A DNA stretch of 64,000 nt. Origin: Squalus acanthias (taxonomy: Eukaryota). Of this stretch, positions 1 through 12,395 are shown piece after piece (the first letter of the stretch is position 1; each line of letters starts with the position of its first letter). The notes beneath the pieces were generated by a model. That model was not told the DNA's origin. It searched no databases and was given only the letters and a program-made list of their open reading frames with translations. The stretch covers positions 20,152,001 through 20,216,000 of the forward strand of contig CM059432.1 in NCBI GenBank assembly GCA_030390025.1, in the 5' to 3' direction. Position numbers and translations under genes: made by a program.

Positions 1-452
1 CACCCGGATTCCAAGGGTTAAATTACAAGGAGAGATTACATAAATTAGGGTTGTATTCCCTAGAATTTCGAAGGTAAAGGGGTGATTTGATTGAAGTTGT
101 AAAGATATCAAGGGGAACAGATAGGGTAGATAGAGAGATACTATTTCCGCTGGTTGGGCATTCTCGGACTAGGGGGCGTAGTCTAAAAATTAGAGCCAGA
201 CCTTTCAGGAGTGAAATTAGGAAACACTACACATAAAGGGTGGTAGTAGTTTGGATCTCTCTTCCGCAAACAGCAATTGATGCTAGATCAATTGTTAATT
301 TCAAATCTGAGATTGATAGATTTTTGTTAACCAAAGGTATTAAGGGATATGGGACAAAGGCAGGTATATGGAGTTAGGTCGCAGATCAGCCATGATCTCA
401 CTGAATAGCGGAACAGGCTAGAGGGGCTAGATGGCCTCCGCCTGTTCCTATG
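1..452 (+). mobile_element. CR1 (HER1-like) LINE 3' fragment
   Basis: Decayed ORF2 C-terminus followed by the tail 'gatcagccatgatctcactgaat...cctgttcctatg', which recurs in many copies in the window. Confidence 0.9.
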
Positions 453-469
453 TACCTTACTCCTTAGCA

Positions 470-1190
470 AAGCCTCACTGCCTGGCTATACTTATCCACC
501 CCATCCAAACTATTGTGATGGTGGTATGGCCCTTATCACCAAATTATTCCTTGGGTACCTTCTTCTCCTTCAAGCACGTCACCTTGCTCGACCCCTTTCA
601 CCTCTATTTTAATATCATCTGTCTACCATGCCCCCAAGCCCACTCCAAGTTTCGCCCCGAGATATCTTTTCTACTTTACTCCCTCAGCCCCTACATTGAG
701 CGACTCCTCATCCTTGGGGATTTCAATCTACATCTCATCTCCCCTTGCCCTCTCTCCTCTAAGTTCACTGCCCTCCTGTGCTCCGTTAACCACTCCCTCC
801 TGATGACTCTCCTACCCATGTTTGTGGCCAACCCCTCAACCTTGCCATCCCTTGTGACTTCTCTACTCCCACACTTTAGAACACTGGAAAAGCCATCTCT
901 GACCAATTCCTAGTATCCCACATCCCCCGACCGCTTTCCTATACCACTTCCTTTGCCGTCTGTTCCTGGATAAAAAAAACTCTCCTCCAAGTCATTTACA
1001 ACTGCATTTTCAAATTCCCAACTGCCTAGGCTATGGCCTTCCATCCACTACAATACTCATTCAGCTGTAAATTTGCTCAACTACACTCCTACCTCCATTC
1101 TTCATAACCTTATCAGCAGAAAAACTTTTCTCTCTCCCATTCTGGTTGATAATTCTGGTATGGCCCCAGCTTCGGTTCCTCAAGTCCAAG
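470..1190 (+). mobile_element. Old LINE (probably L2) endonuclease fragment
   Basis: ORF 431..913 contains the APE motif LLILGDFNLH in pyrimidine-rich, decayed sequence. Confidence 0.65.
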
Positions 1191-2404
1191 GCGTAAGGAA
1201 AGGATTAATCAGACTGTCCCCAGGTCTGCAAATGTTATACTGCTATTGATTTCTCTTTATATTATAGTAACATTTAGCTTTTGCCTGTTAAACGAAGTAC
1301 AAGTCAATTGAGATGTAGTGACTACTGAACTGTTGAATTAAGACTGACCTTAAAGCAATGGTCAGTTTAGACAATAAACTTAATTAAAAGACATTCCAAA
1401 GAGCTTTAATTAGTTGCTAACAAGTTCCGCAGAAGGGAACATCTGCGACTACATCATCCCTTTCAGAAGCAGGAGATTGGGATGGAATGGTACAGATTTA
1501 TAATTAGAAGTTTCACTTGGTAGAACAGCAAGAAGAGTGAAACTATCAATAAGATAACAAAGTTGGAGAGTTGTACCAGTCTGTGGAAAAATAACTCGTT
1601 AAAGCTGTACTTATTGATAAGGGTCAAGGGAAGAAGCTCATTAAAATTCACCTTATATGGAGTTGTATTAAGTAATGCAGAAACATGTGGGTTGTCACGT
1701 AGGAGGGGTGAGAAAAGGTATTAAAAAAATGGGTGTTGGAACAGAGACTTCACGCGCTTGAGTCCTCCGGCTGAAACTCGCAAGGTTTTGTTATACATAC
1801 TGCTGTTAAGTGTATGTTTAATTATTGCATACTTATTAATTCTGTGACATTTGACATTACATCAATGTTGCGAACCCGATTGATCTGAGGAATAAATTAT
1901 AAGTAAGAAGAGAGTCATTTACCCCTCCTCTAACAAAGGGATGCAGGCTTGAACGTATCTGGAGCAGAACTGGCTTAGCCATCCATCATCAGATCTAGCT
2001 GAACCAGATCAAGAACACGTATTCTGCCAAAACCACCCACAAATCTACGATCAGCCTGCAGAGCAAAGATAGCCCCCAGCTTTTTTTCGCCAGTACCAAC
2101 TATTTCCTTAATCCCTCTTGCTCCCGCCACTCTCACTAAACCCCTCGGCCTCTCCCCTTTCCTCCTTTAAGTCCTCTTTGACCAAGTTTTTGGTTACTCC
2201 TCCTAATAGCTCCTTCTTTCACTTCGTGCCTATTTTCCCTTATGTCTCTGTGAATCACCTTGGGCACCTTTTCTACGTTAATGATTAAATTGCTGTTGTT
2301 GTAGTTGCTGTTGTGCTGTCAGAAGCCATACAAAGATTGCTAGCTCTCTTGGCCCAATAGGCAGGAAAGGAAAGCAAACAAAGCGATAAATACTCCTTTC
2401 TCCA

Positions 2405-2790
2405 ACTTTCTCCTCCTTTTCGCTCCTCTTCTCCCGATGCCACCAACCGCAGCGGGCATTCGATTCCGCAGGTATCCGTACACCTCTCGTACCTCACCCA
2501 AGCAGCTATTCTTGAAGTGTGAGCCTCAGCGCGAAATGTCGGCAAGCTAGTCCACTGGAGAAGACTATTGCAGCCGAGCATGATCCCACGATGTTACAGT
2601 TGTTGTTGTTGTTGTTGTTGTTGAGTATGCTCCCGTCCTCATCCGACATCCCACTTTCCAGCAGGAATGGGGACCTGGGCTGATTTTCCCCTCTGCAGCC
2701 GACTGCTGCCACAACTGAGGTCAGTTAACCCGGCACAGATCAAACAGGGACTTTCTGTACGGCTTAGTCCCAAGCCACACAATGCAATAA
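2405..2790 (-). mobile_element. Ancient tRNA-derived SINE (AmnSINE2-like); contains (GTT)n at about 2598-2623
   Basis: Aligns by eye with copies at about 5105-5475(+), 12420-12690(-), 19790-20100(+), 22585-22965(-), 34430-34660(-), 51700-52045(+) and 52525-52790(+). Shared motifs are 'tgagttagctgatctc', 'ctacaattggcc' and 'ggctcacac'. The family name is from memory. Confidence 0.6.
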
Positions 2791-3652
2791 ATACTTTTTC
2801 TTTTTAACACGCACGGCTACTATAAGTGTGGCATCTGCAGAGTCGACATTAAGACGACAATCCCATTGTAATGCTCTTTTCACAGCAGTGCTCTCATCTC
2901 TTAATGTGCCACACTGATCTCACCAAAGAAGAAAAAATGTTTAGAGGACAAAACCCTTTAAATATTAACAAAAAGATGGGTGTAAAGACCTTTAAATATT
3001 TTAAACATGCTTTGAAATGATAATATTTCAGCAGCGGAAGGCAAGCGTTCAAGTAATTGAGCTCTCACACTTCAAGGAGCTTAATTCGAAAGGAGAAGAA
3101 TCATCAAAATTCATCATGGGGAAGGAGGATAGAGGGAAGATTAAGGAAGGAATAGTATCATTCTCACATTTAAATGAACCTGGCAGTTCAGCGGTTTGCC
3201 TCCTAATAGTGCTGTCTGTCAGTGGATGCTGTGCACCATTTTATTGTCATGCTGTCCTGCTTATGTTGGGCAATAGCTGGGATTTCAATCAAAGGGAAAG
3301 GCATCTGCATTACAGCCCATCAGAAACTTAAATCCACCTGATGTGTTAATGGTAAGAGGCAGCACTCTCCAGTGTGATAGATTCTACAGCTGTCAGCAAT
3401 AAATTCACAGGATTTTCACCTACTCCTCAGCCTTGTAGACAGTTTTTAAGATACTTTATGTTAAAAACTCAAAGACCTACAAGGTTTTTCTGTCGGATAT
3501 CTTTATATATTTTTTCCATTTTAGGTGACAAACTTCAATTAACTCTGTGAAACTTAATGTTATTGAATGCCAGTGTGGCAAACAAAGCTAAAACCTTCTC
3601 AGAACTCCCCCATCAGTTAACAGATGCACCCCTAATACTCCTTATTGCAAAA

Positions 3653-4416
3653 GCCAGAAATTCGGCACTTGTCGGGTGAGTACGCGCTGTGTACTCACCC
3701 GTAAGGCCACTTGAAGTGCCGGTTTCCTGCATGCACTGCGCATGCGCGGGAAACCGGAACTTCCGGTCTCGTGAAGGGAGGGGTTCAGAGGTGGACCGCG
3801 TGCGCGGGAGAGGCTGCGCGCACGCAGCGAACTTCGGGTTTTTTTCAGGTTTCTCCGGGAAGGTAAGTATGGAAGAAGCTGCGTTTTTAAAAAGGAGGCG
3901 CAAGACCCGTTTTTAACAAGGTAAGTGGTTAATTAATTACAATTTAAAAAAAATTTCAACAGATTTATCTTTTTTTTTAGATACTTTAAAGAAAGGTAAG
4001 TTTATTTTTAGCACCGTTAAAAAGTATTTAAATTTTTTCAAAAATTTAAATTTTTGTTTAAAGTAGTCAATTTATTTAACTTATAGTTATTTTAAAAATG
4101 TGATTATTAAAAAAAAATTATTTGAAGTTTAGGTGTTGTTTTGGGGCCGATTTCAATTCATAGATTTGACAGGTCTTCCTGTCAAATCTATGAATGAAAA
4201 TGTCCTGCTAGGATTGGCTCTCCATGGCCCACGTGATCCCAGGGGACGCTTCGAACTAACTGCGCCCCTGGGGTACACAAGCACTGCGCGCCGGCAGCTG
4301 GAGGAGGCCCAGGACCCGAAGTTCTCATGGGCCCAAAACACAACGGCAGGCGTGGTAGGTAAGTACACGCGCGATGCTTGCACCCACAGGAAGCCGGAAA
4401 ACCGAATTTCTGGCCC
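3653..4416. mobile_element. PIF/Harbinger-type MITE, family 1, copy A
   Basis: TIRs gccagaaattcgg / ccgaatttctggc. An inverted homologue lies at 30245-31455. Internal hairpin at about 4156-4196. Confidence 0.85.
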
Positions 4417-4489
4417 ATTGACTTTTAGAGAGGGTGCAGAGGAGGGCCACTAGACTAATTCCCAGTCTATAGCATCTTAGTTATCATGA

Positions 4490-5045
4490 TAGGCTAAAAG
4501 AGTTGGGAGTCTACACTTTAGAGAAGTGTAGAATTTGAGGTGATCTGATTGAAGTTTATAAGATAGTGAAGGGAATAGATTGTGTTTCAGCTGATAGTTT
4601 GTTTCAATTAAATAGGTTAGGGAGGACCAGTGGTCACAAATTTAAGTTGTACAATTGACAATTGGATCTAGGTTAGATATCAGGAGGTGGTTCTTTCCCC
4701 AGAGAATAGTGGACCTCTGGAACAGGCTGCCAGCTCGTGTGGTGGATGCTGATTCGCTGAATTCCTTCAAGCGAGAGCTGGATCTGTTTCTGGTTGGAGC
4801 GGAGATCACCTCTTACAGAAGGTAGGTACTGCAGGGAATTCAAGACCAGACTGATCACCTGGACCAGTTTCTATTGCCTAGATGGGTCGGAGAGGAAATT
4901 CCCAGATTTTTTTATCTGGATTTTTGCCTCTCCCAGGAGATCACATGGTTTTAGGTGGGAGTGTATATGTTGCGATACACAAGGAATCGCAATTGTGTGG
5001 GACAGGCTCGATGGACCAGAGGGTTTTTACCTGTCCGTCATTGTT
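4490..5045 (+). mobile_element. CR1 LINE 3' fragment (distinct subfamily with a longer 3' UTR)
   Basis: 'gaggtgatctgattgaagtttataagata...ttctttccccagagaatagtggacctctggaac' corresponds to the CR1 ORF2 end (RGDLIE..FF.QR.V.LWN). Confidence 0.8.
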
Positions 5046-6246
5046 CGTACGTTCATAGGTCTCTGCATACCAGTCTTCTTCAAGAGCATGTAGGATTTCT
5101 GCAGCTTCCCCACTGGATAAATGCACCATCCAGTGTGGTACAGAGCCACAGAGACAAGGAAGGCCCATTTTTCAATCCCCAGTGTGCACTGAATTAGCTA
5201 CGGCAACAATAGGGCTACTATAATAGGCCCTGGGTTGAAAACGGGCATAAAATGAGTCAGTCAGGTTGTCCATCCAATGATTTGCACGTAAAAGTGTCTT
5301 GCTTGTGAATATTGGATGAGAACAGGGTTGGCTCAGCTGTGATGACTTCCTGAGTCGAGTAGCCTGGCAGCACTCACTCTTCAGGCTCACATGCAAGGAA
5401 TGGACACAAGAGATTGCTGACATTCATGCATCTGTATGACATGAATAAATGCCTTCAGGAAAGCAGGGGTGAAAAGAAAATTTTCAAAATTGTATAAAAG
5501 GCAACCTGTTGACAAAGTAACCTTAGTTACTTTTATAGGGCCGTGTTCTGTTATGTGTGCAGTTAAGGTTATGTCTTTATGACAACGCCCCCAGCTGCCA
5601 AGTCCAACTGCCACCACCTGGTGGCAGAACTGTAGACCCATAAAATTGTGGGGAATATTACATAGATCATTCTCTAAATAATGAGTCTGCACACCACAGT
5701 ACAAAAGCATCAGCAGTCCCTGGAAACATATTAGCTCTGATTCAGATTTACCTCAATAGAAAATGCTTTAAGCATGCTCACAAGCATCATCAGCATGTGC
5801 TTCAGACAGCGGCAGAAGGAGTCATGCATTACTTGCATGAGGTTTTGAACATCAGAATGCGTGACGCACCAATGTGAGGAATGCAAGGAAGTGTAGACAC
5901 TTGCGTGGTCGTAAAAGGGAGACAATAATGCCAACTACACGAGAGCAGAAGGTAGAGTTTAAAAACCTAGCTATATACTGGTTAAATATTTTTAAAAAAA
6001 ATAATTGCTGAACATGTACTTTATAGGTAATCATGCAATATACCTTCTTTTTCTTGCTTTCTTTTGTTTTACAATCACAGTGACAAATGTTCAGTCGTGG
6101 GTACCCAGCCCTGCATCAAAGAAGAATATGAGCTCCCCAGTCTGTAAAATCAGTGTGCTTCAATTTCAACCTCAGAAAAACTTCACCAGTATGGCATTTC
6201 CATTTGCAACCTCTGTTAAGGTATGCTGGCAACCACGTGTTGGAAC

Positions 6247-6370
6247 GTAAGACACAGGAGCAGGAGTAGGCCATTCGGCCCTTTGAGCCTGCTCCGCCAT
6301 TCAATAAGATCATGGCTGATCTTCGACCTCAACTCCACCTTCCCGCACTATCCCCATATCCCTTGGTTCC
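6247..6370 (-). mobile_element. CR1 3' tail
   Basis: Reverse complement of the CR1 tail ('ggagcaggagtaggccattcggccc...gatcatggctgatc'). Confidence 0.85.
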
Positions 6371-7121
6371 TTGTTATTTGGGCTTAATAATTTTCATGGC
6401 TTGTTCTTTCACAAGAGCAGAAATGAACCAAATGTCATGACATCTGGGTGATGTGGAGCACTGGATTTTGAAAAAAAAAATGTTGAGATACAATCTTAAT
6501 TCAAATTTATATGATATTTAACTATGGTGGGGTTCATGCAAGATGCATTTGATGATCTCGCAAGACAGAGCAATTGGAATTTTAAAAAAAACGAAATTAG
6601 ATATCCACAGCTTAGACAGAGGATGACAGATTATCAATCAGTGTACTCAGTACAATTACCATCTGAAGCCTCTGATGTGTTCAGTCATGGACCATTTTCA
6701 TTTTATTTATGCTTCCAGAAAGAAAGCAGAAGACTCCATTTACTGTCAAAATTTTCATTAAAATTCACTTGGTGGAGTCAAATACAACAAAATATATGCA
6801 GCACATCACACCCACATTAACAGTCCATTCACAAAACTTGCACCTCCAGATCTGTCCCAGCTAGTCATTTATTTCTGTAAATACAAATGGTCTCCTGTGG
6901 CACTGCTCCGCAACATTTTGAAAATAAAGTGATTTGTCACAGACAGCAAAAGATATATGTAACTGGGTGCGTGCGTCACATTTCATGAATGTATGATAAT
7001 TCTCCACAGAAAGGTCTGGGAAAATTACATTTAAATGTTGGATATTGGAAACAAAGTGTACTCACATGAGTTTAACCCCAAAAAAGCAGGGATGGAGGGG
7101 GGGGCGGGCGGGTTCTATTTG

Positions 7122-10100
7122 TTTCTGGGATGTGGGCGTCGCTGGCAAGGCCAGCATTTATTGCCCATCCCTAATTGCCCTTGAGAAGGTGGTAGTGAGC
7201 CACCTTCTTGAACCGCTGCCGTCGACGTGGTGAAGGTACTCCAATAGTGCTGTTAGGGAGGGAGTAGCAGGATTTTGACCCAGCGATGATGAATCACAGC
7301 GATATATTTCCAAAATAACAACAGAAAATGCTGGAAACACTCAGCAGGTCAGGCAGCATCGAGGAGAGAGAAAGAGAGTCAATGTTTCGGGTCGAGAACC
7401 CTTCGTCAGAACTGGAAAAGGTTAGAGAAGAGAGATTTTTAAACAGGGGCAGAGAGGAGGGGAGGAAAGAACAAAGGGGAGGTCATTTCAGATTTCCAGC
7501 ATCCGCAGTATTTTGCTATAATATATTTCCAAGTCAGAATGGTGTGTGACTTGGAGGGGAACTTGGAGGTGATGGTGTTCCCATGCGCCTTCTGCCCTTG
7601 ACCTTCTAGGTGGTAGAGGTCGCGGGTTTGGGAGGTGCTGTTGAAGACGCCTTGGCGAGTTGCTGCAGTGCATCTTGTAGATGGTACACACTGCAACCAC
7701 GGTGCGCCGATAATGGAGGGAGTGAATGTTTAAGGTGGTGGATGGGGTGCCAGCGGGCTGCTTTGTCCTGGATGGTGTTGAGCTTCTTAAGTGTTGTTGG
7801 AGCTGCACTCATCCAGGCAAGTGGAGAGTATTCCATCACATTCCTGACTTGTGCCTTGTAGATGGTGGAAAGGCTTTGGGGAGTCAGGAGGTGAGACACT
7901 CGCCACAGAATACCCAGCCTCTGACCTGCTCTTGTAGCCACAGTATTTATGTGGCTGGTCCAGTTAAGCTTCTGGTCAATGGTGACCCCCAGGATGTTGA
8001 TGCCCTGAGGAACACCTGCAGCAATGTTCTGGGGCTGAGATGATTGACCTCCAACAACCATAACCATCTTCCTTTGTGCTAGGTATAACTCCAGCAAGTG
8101 GAGCGTTTTCCCCCCCGATTCTCATTGACTTCAATTATATTAGGGCTCCCTTGATGCTAGACTCTGTCAAATACTGCTTAAAGGCAGTCACTCTCACCTT
8201 GCCTCTAGAATTCAGCTCTTTGGTCCATGTTTAAACTAAGGCTGTAATGAGGTCTGCAGCCGAGAGATTCTGGCGGAACCCAAACTGAGCTTCAGTGAGC
8301 AGATTATTGGTGAGTAAGTGACACTTGATAGCACTGTCGATGACACCTTCCAGCATTTTGCTGATTACCGAGGGTAGACTGATGGGGCAGTAATTGGCCA
8401 GATTGGATTTGCCCTGCTTTTCCTAGACATGACATACCTGGGCAGTTTTCCACATTGTCGGATAGATGCCAGTGTTGTACCTGTATTGTAGCTGTACTGA
8501 AACAGCTTTGTTAGAGGCGCAGCTAGTTCTGGAGCACAAATCTTCAACACGACAGCCGGGATATTGTCAGGGCCCATAGCCTTTGCTGTATCCTGTGCGC
8601 TCAGCCATTTCTTGATAACATGTGGAGTGAATCGAATTAGCTAAAGACTGGCTTCTGTGGTGGCGGGGGCCTCAGGAGGAGGCCAAGATGGATCATCTAC
8701 TCGGCACTTCTGGCTGAAGATAGTTGCAAACTCTTCAGCCTTGTCTTTTGCACTCGCGTGCTGGGCTCTGCCATCATTGAAGATGGGGATTTTCATGGAG
8801 CCTCTTCCTCCAGTCAGTTGTTTAATGGTCCACCACCATTCATGACTGGATGTGGCAGGGCTGCAGAGCTTTGATCTGATCCGTTGGTTGTGGGATCGCT
8901 TAGCATGCTGCTTCCGTTGTTTAGCATGCATGTAGTCCTGTGTTGCAGCTTCCCCAGGTTGGCACCGCATTTTTTCGGTACACCTGGTGCTGCTCCTGGC
9001 ATGCTCTTCTACACTCCTCATTGAGCCACAGTTGGTCGCCTGGCTTGATGGTAATGGTAGAGTGAGGGATATGCCAGGCCATGAGGTTACAGATTGTAGT
9101 GGAGCGCAATTCTGCTGCTGCTGATGGCCCACAGCGCCTCATGGATGCCCAAGTTTTGAGCTGCTAGATCTGTTCTGAATCTATCCCATTTAGCAGAGTG
9201 GTAGTGCCACACAACACGAAGGAGGGTGCCCTCAGTGTGAAGACGGGACTTAGTCTCCACAAGGACTGTGCGGTGGTCACTGCTACCAATACTGTCATGG
9301 ACAGGTGCATCTGCGACGAGTAGATTGGTGAGGACGAGGTTAAGTAGGTTTTTCCCTCGTGTTGGTTCTCTCACCACCTACTGAAGGCCCAGTCTGGCAG
9401 CTATGTCCTTCAGGACTCGCCCAGATCAGTCAATAGTGGTGCTACCGAGCCACTCTTAGTGATGGACATTGAAGTCTCCCACCCCGAGTACATTCTGTGC
9501 CCTGGCTACCCTCAGTGCTTCTTCCAAGTGGTATTCAACATGGAGGAGTACTGATTCATCAACTGAGGGAGGGCGGTAGGTGGTAATCAGCAGGAGGTTT
9601 CCTTGCCTATGCTTGACCTGAAGCCATGAGACTTCATGGGGTCTGGAATCAATGATGAGAACTCCCAGGGCCACTCTCTCCCACCACCTCTGGTGGGTCT
9701 GTCCTGCTGGTGGGACAGGACATGCCCAGGGATGGTGATAGAGGAGTCTGGGGCATTGGCAGAAAGGTATGATTTTGTGAGTATGACTATGTCAGGCTGT
9801 TGCTTGACTAGTCTGTGGGACAGCTCTCCCAATTTTGGCACAAGTCCCCAGATGTTTGTGAGGAGGACTTTGCAGGGTCGACGGGGCTGGGTGTGCCGTT
9901 GCCCTGTCCGTAACCTCCTCCAGCCCTACGGTGGTCCGTCCGGTTTTATTCTTCTTATTGTTTTTCATAGCAGTTTGTTACAAATGAGTGGCTTGCTAGG
10001 CCATTTCAGAGGACAGTTAAGAGTCAACCACATTGCTGTGGGTCTGGAGTCACATTTCGGCCAGACCAGGTAAGGACGGCAGATTTCCTTCCCTAAAGGA

Positions 10101-10200
10101 CATTCGTGAACAAGACGGGTGTTTACGACAATCTGGTAGTTTCATGGTCAGCATTACTGATACTAGCTTTTTATTCCAGATTTATTTAATTAACTGAATT
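7122..10200 (-). mobile_element. LINE-B: CR1-group LINE, near full length and frameshifted; APE + RT, no ORF1 visible
   Basis: Minus-strand motifs in order: NIWGLVPKLGEL..PDIVILT, TTYRPPS, VGDFNVHH, EPTRGKNLLNLVLTN, SDH, GPDNIPA, GVPQG, YKAQVR..MEY. The 3' tail matches 63820-64000. Confidence 0.9.
7314..7520. mobile_element. Penelope-like pLTR fragment inserted in LINE-B
   Basis: 12-bp duplication atatatttccaa at 7302-7313 and 7521-7532. Homologous to 27658-27949, with an internal inversion. Confidence 0.85.
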
Positions 10201-10202
10201 AA

Positions 10203-10575
10203 CTGTTCACCCATCACCCCCTGTGCTCGCTGACCTACATTGGGCTCTCAGTCCAGCAATGCCTCAATTTTAAAATTCTCATCCTTGTTTTCAAATCACT
10301 CCATGGCCTCCCTATCTCTGTAACCTCCTCCAGCCCTACAACGCTCCGAGATTTCTGCGCTCCTCAAATTCTGGCCATTTGCGCATCATTAATTTTAATT
10401 GCTCCACCATTGGCGGCTGTGCCTTTAGCTGCCTAGGCCCTAAGCTCTTGAATTCCTTTCCTAAAGAGGAAGAGAGGTGGAGAGGTTTAAGATGCTCCTT
10501 AAACCCTGCCTCTCACCTGTTCTAATTTCTCCTTATGTGGCTCGGTGTCAATTTTTATTTGATAATGCTCCTGAA
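10203..10575 (+). mobile_element. L2-type LINE 3' end
   Basis: 'cacccatcaccccctgtgctcgctgacctacattgg' (HITPVL..LHW-type end). Homologues at about 2100-2290(+), 46757-47110(-) and 55797-56410(-). Confidence 0.8.
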
Positions 10576-10929
10576 TGCAGTTTGAACAAGTAGTTTGTAG
10601 TTTTGGCAATATAGCTCGGCATTCTGTTTTGTTAATTGCTACAGATCTTGCTCAGCCTCTACCCCAGCTAATTCGGCACCATTCATTCAAGAAGCATGTC
10701 TCCCATTTTTCTTCCACAGTGCAAGACCATGCACTTATCTGCATTGAATTTCATCTGCCTTGGTTCTGCCCACTTGCAAATATTGTAGGTCCTTCTGTAA
10801 TTTCTTAGTTGGAAAAAAAAGTGGTGAAAGGTCACAGGAACCAGTGGAGGAAGATGGTGCGGAGGGTCACGCAGTCACTGGGAAAGACTCATCCCAGGAC
10901 ATTATACTTGGAGTCAATGAGGCAAAAGA

Positions 10930-11398
10930 TTGATTCCTGGGATGAGAGGGCTGTCCTATGACGAGAGATTGTGTAGAATGGGCCGATACTCTCTGGAGTT
11001 TAGAAGACTGAGAGGTGATCTCACTGAATCATACAAGATTCTGAAGGGGATTGACAGGGCAGACACTGAGAGGTTGTTTCCCCTGGCTGGAGAGTCTAGA
11101 ACGAGGGGGCATAGTCTCAAGATAAGGGGTCAGCCATTTAAGACTGAGATGAGGAGAAATTTCTTCACTCAGAGGGTTGTGAATCTTTGGAATTCTCTGC
11201 CCCAGAGGGCTGTGAATGCTGAGTCTTTGAGTATATTCAAGGCGGAGATCGATAGATTTTTGGACTCTAGGGGAATTAAGGGATACGGAGATCGGGCGGG
11301 AAAGTGGAGTTGAGGTCGATGACCAGCCATGATCTTATTGAATGGCGGAGCAGGCTCGAGGGGCCATATGGCCTACTCCTGCTCTTATTTCTTATGTT
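10930..11398 (+). mobile_element. CR1 3' fragment
   Basis: ORF 10930..11313 (MIPGMRGLSY..RLRGDL..TRGHSLK..FFTQRVVNLWNSLP) plus the tail. Confidence 0.95.
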
Positions 11399-12039
11399 CA
11401 AAAGGCATTGCGAGTTAGCTGGTACAAGTTGGTAGGGGGTGAGATAGGAGGAATCTGCTGCCATTAGAATAGCTCTGGGTAGCTTTGGTGAATAAAGTGC
11501 AGCATGAAATATAATTGCACAAGTACCATATCCTGGTGACTCCAGAAAGACTGAAAAAGCACAGCATATCATTTTCACATTCAACAGACAGTTCAAAGAG
11601 ATAAGAGGCAAAGAACACATTAGCACTTGCCAATTTTAATACACACATGGAATCAACACTTAGAAGTTACAGCTACATTACAAATGGGAAATACATTATT
11701 AATTTATTTTGTCCCAGAATCAATTTGTACAGAAGATTAAAAACGACCTCATGCGTATGTTGGAAGAGGTGATGGTTTTATTACTTAATATCACTGGTAA
11801 CTACCACTCCTGTTTGTCTACTGCGAGAAAAAAAAAATCTTCAAAATAAAATTAACTGATTGCATGCACGATTGCAGAGCAGTTGATGGACTTCACTGAC
11901 GATGGCATTGTTGCCTTGCTCAATTCTCAATGGTGTCCCCTTTGCTTGCACAGTGAATGGCGTTTTATGTGCATTGTATGGTAGTCGGCCAAATCCCTCC
12001 CCCTTTTTCTCCCTATGGCATTCACTCCTGCTGCAGTAC

Positions 12040-12395
12040 ATCGGTGTAAGCTTGGCTCAACTGGTAGCACTCACAGTTCAGTGGCAGCAATGAAGGATTG
12101 CTGCAATGTTGCTGCTCTTTCAGATGAGACATGAAGCCAAGGGCTTCTCCGCCTTTTCCAGTGGTTCAGGTAGAATGTTAAAGATCTTGTGACACTCTGC
12201 AAAGAATAGCAGGAATTCTCCAAGTGTCAACACTCCTCCCCTCAAGCAACACCCTCAAAAATTAGACCAACTGATCTCTGTTGTTTGTGGGATCTTGCTA
12301 CAAGTGAAACAATTGCTGCATTTCAAAGTAATTAGATGTGGTGTTTTGAGATACTTCTAAGAGGCATGATAAGGGAGCATAAATACAAGTCTTTC
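12040..12395 (+). mobile_element. DeuSINE (SacSINE1/AmnSINE1-like), old copy
   Basis: 'ctttcagatgagac..', 'tgtttgtgggatcttgct' and the tail 'taaatacaagtctttct'. Homologous to 25640-26035. Confidence 0.7.
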
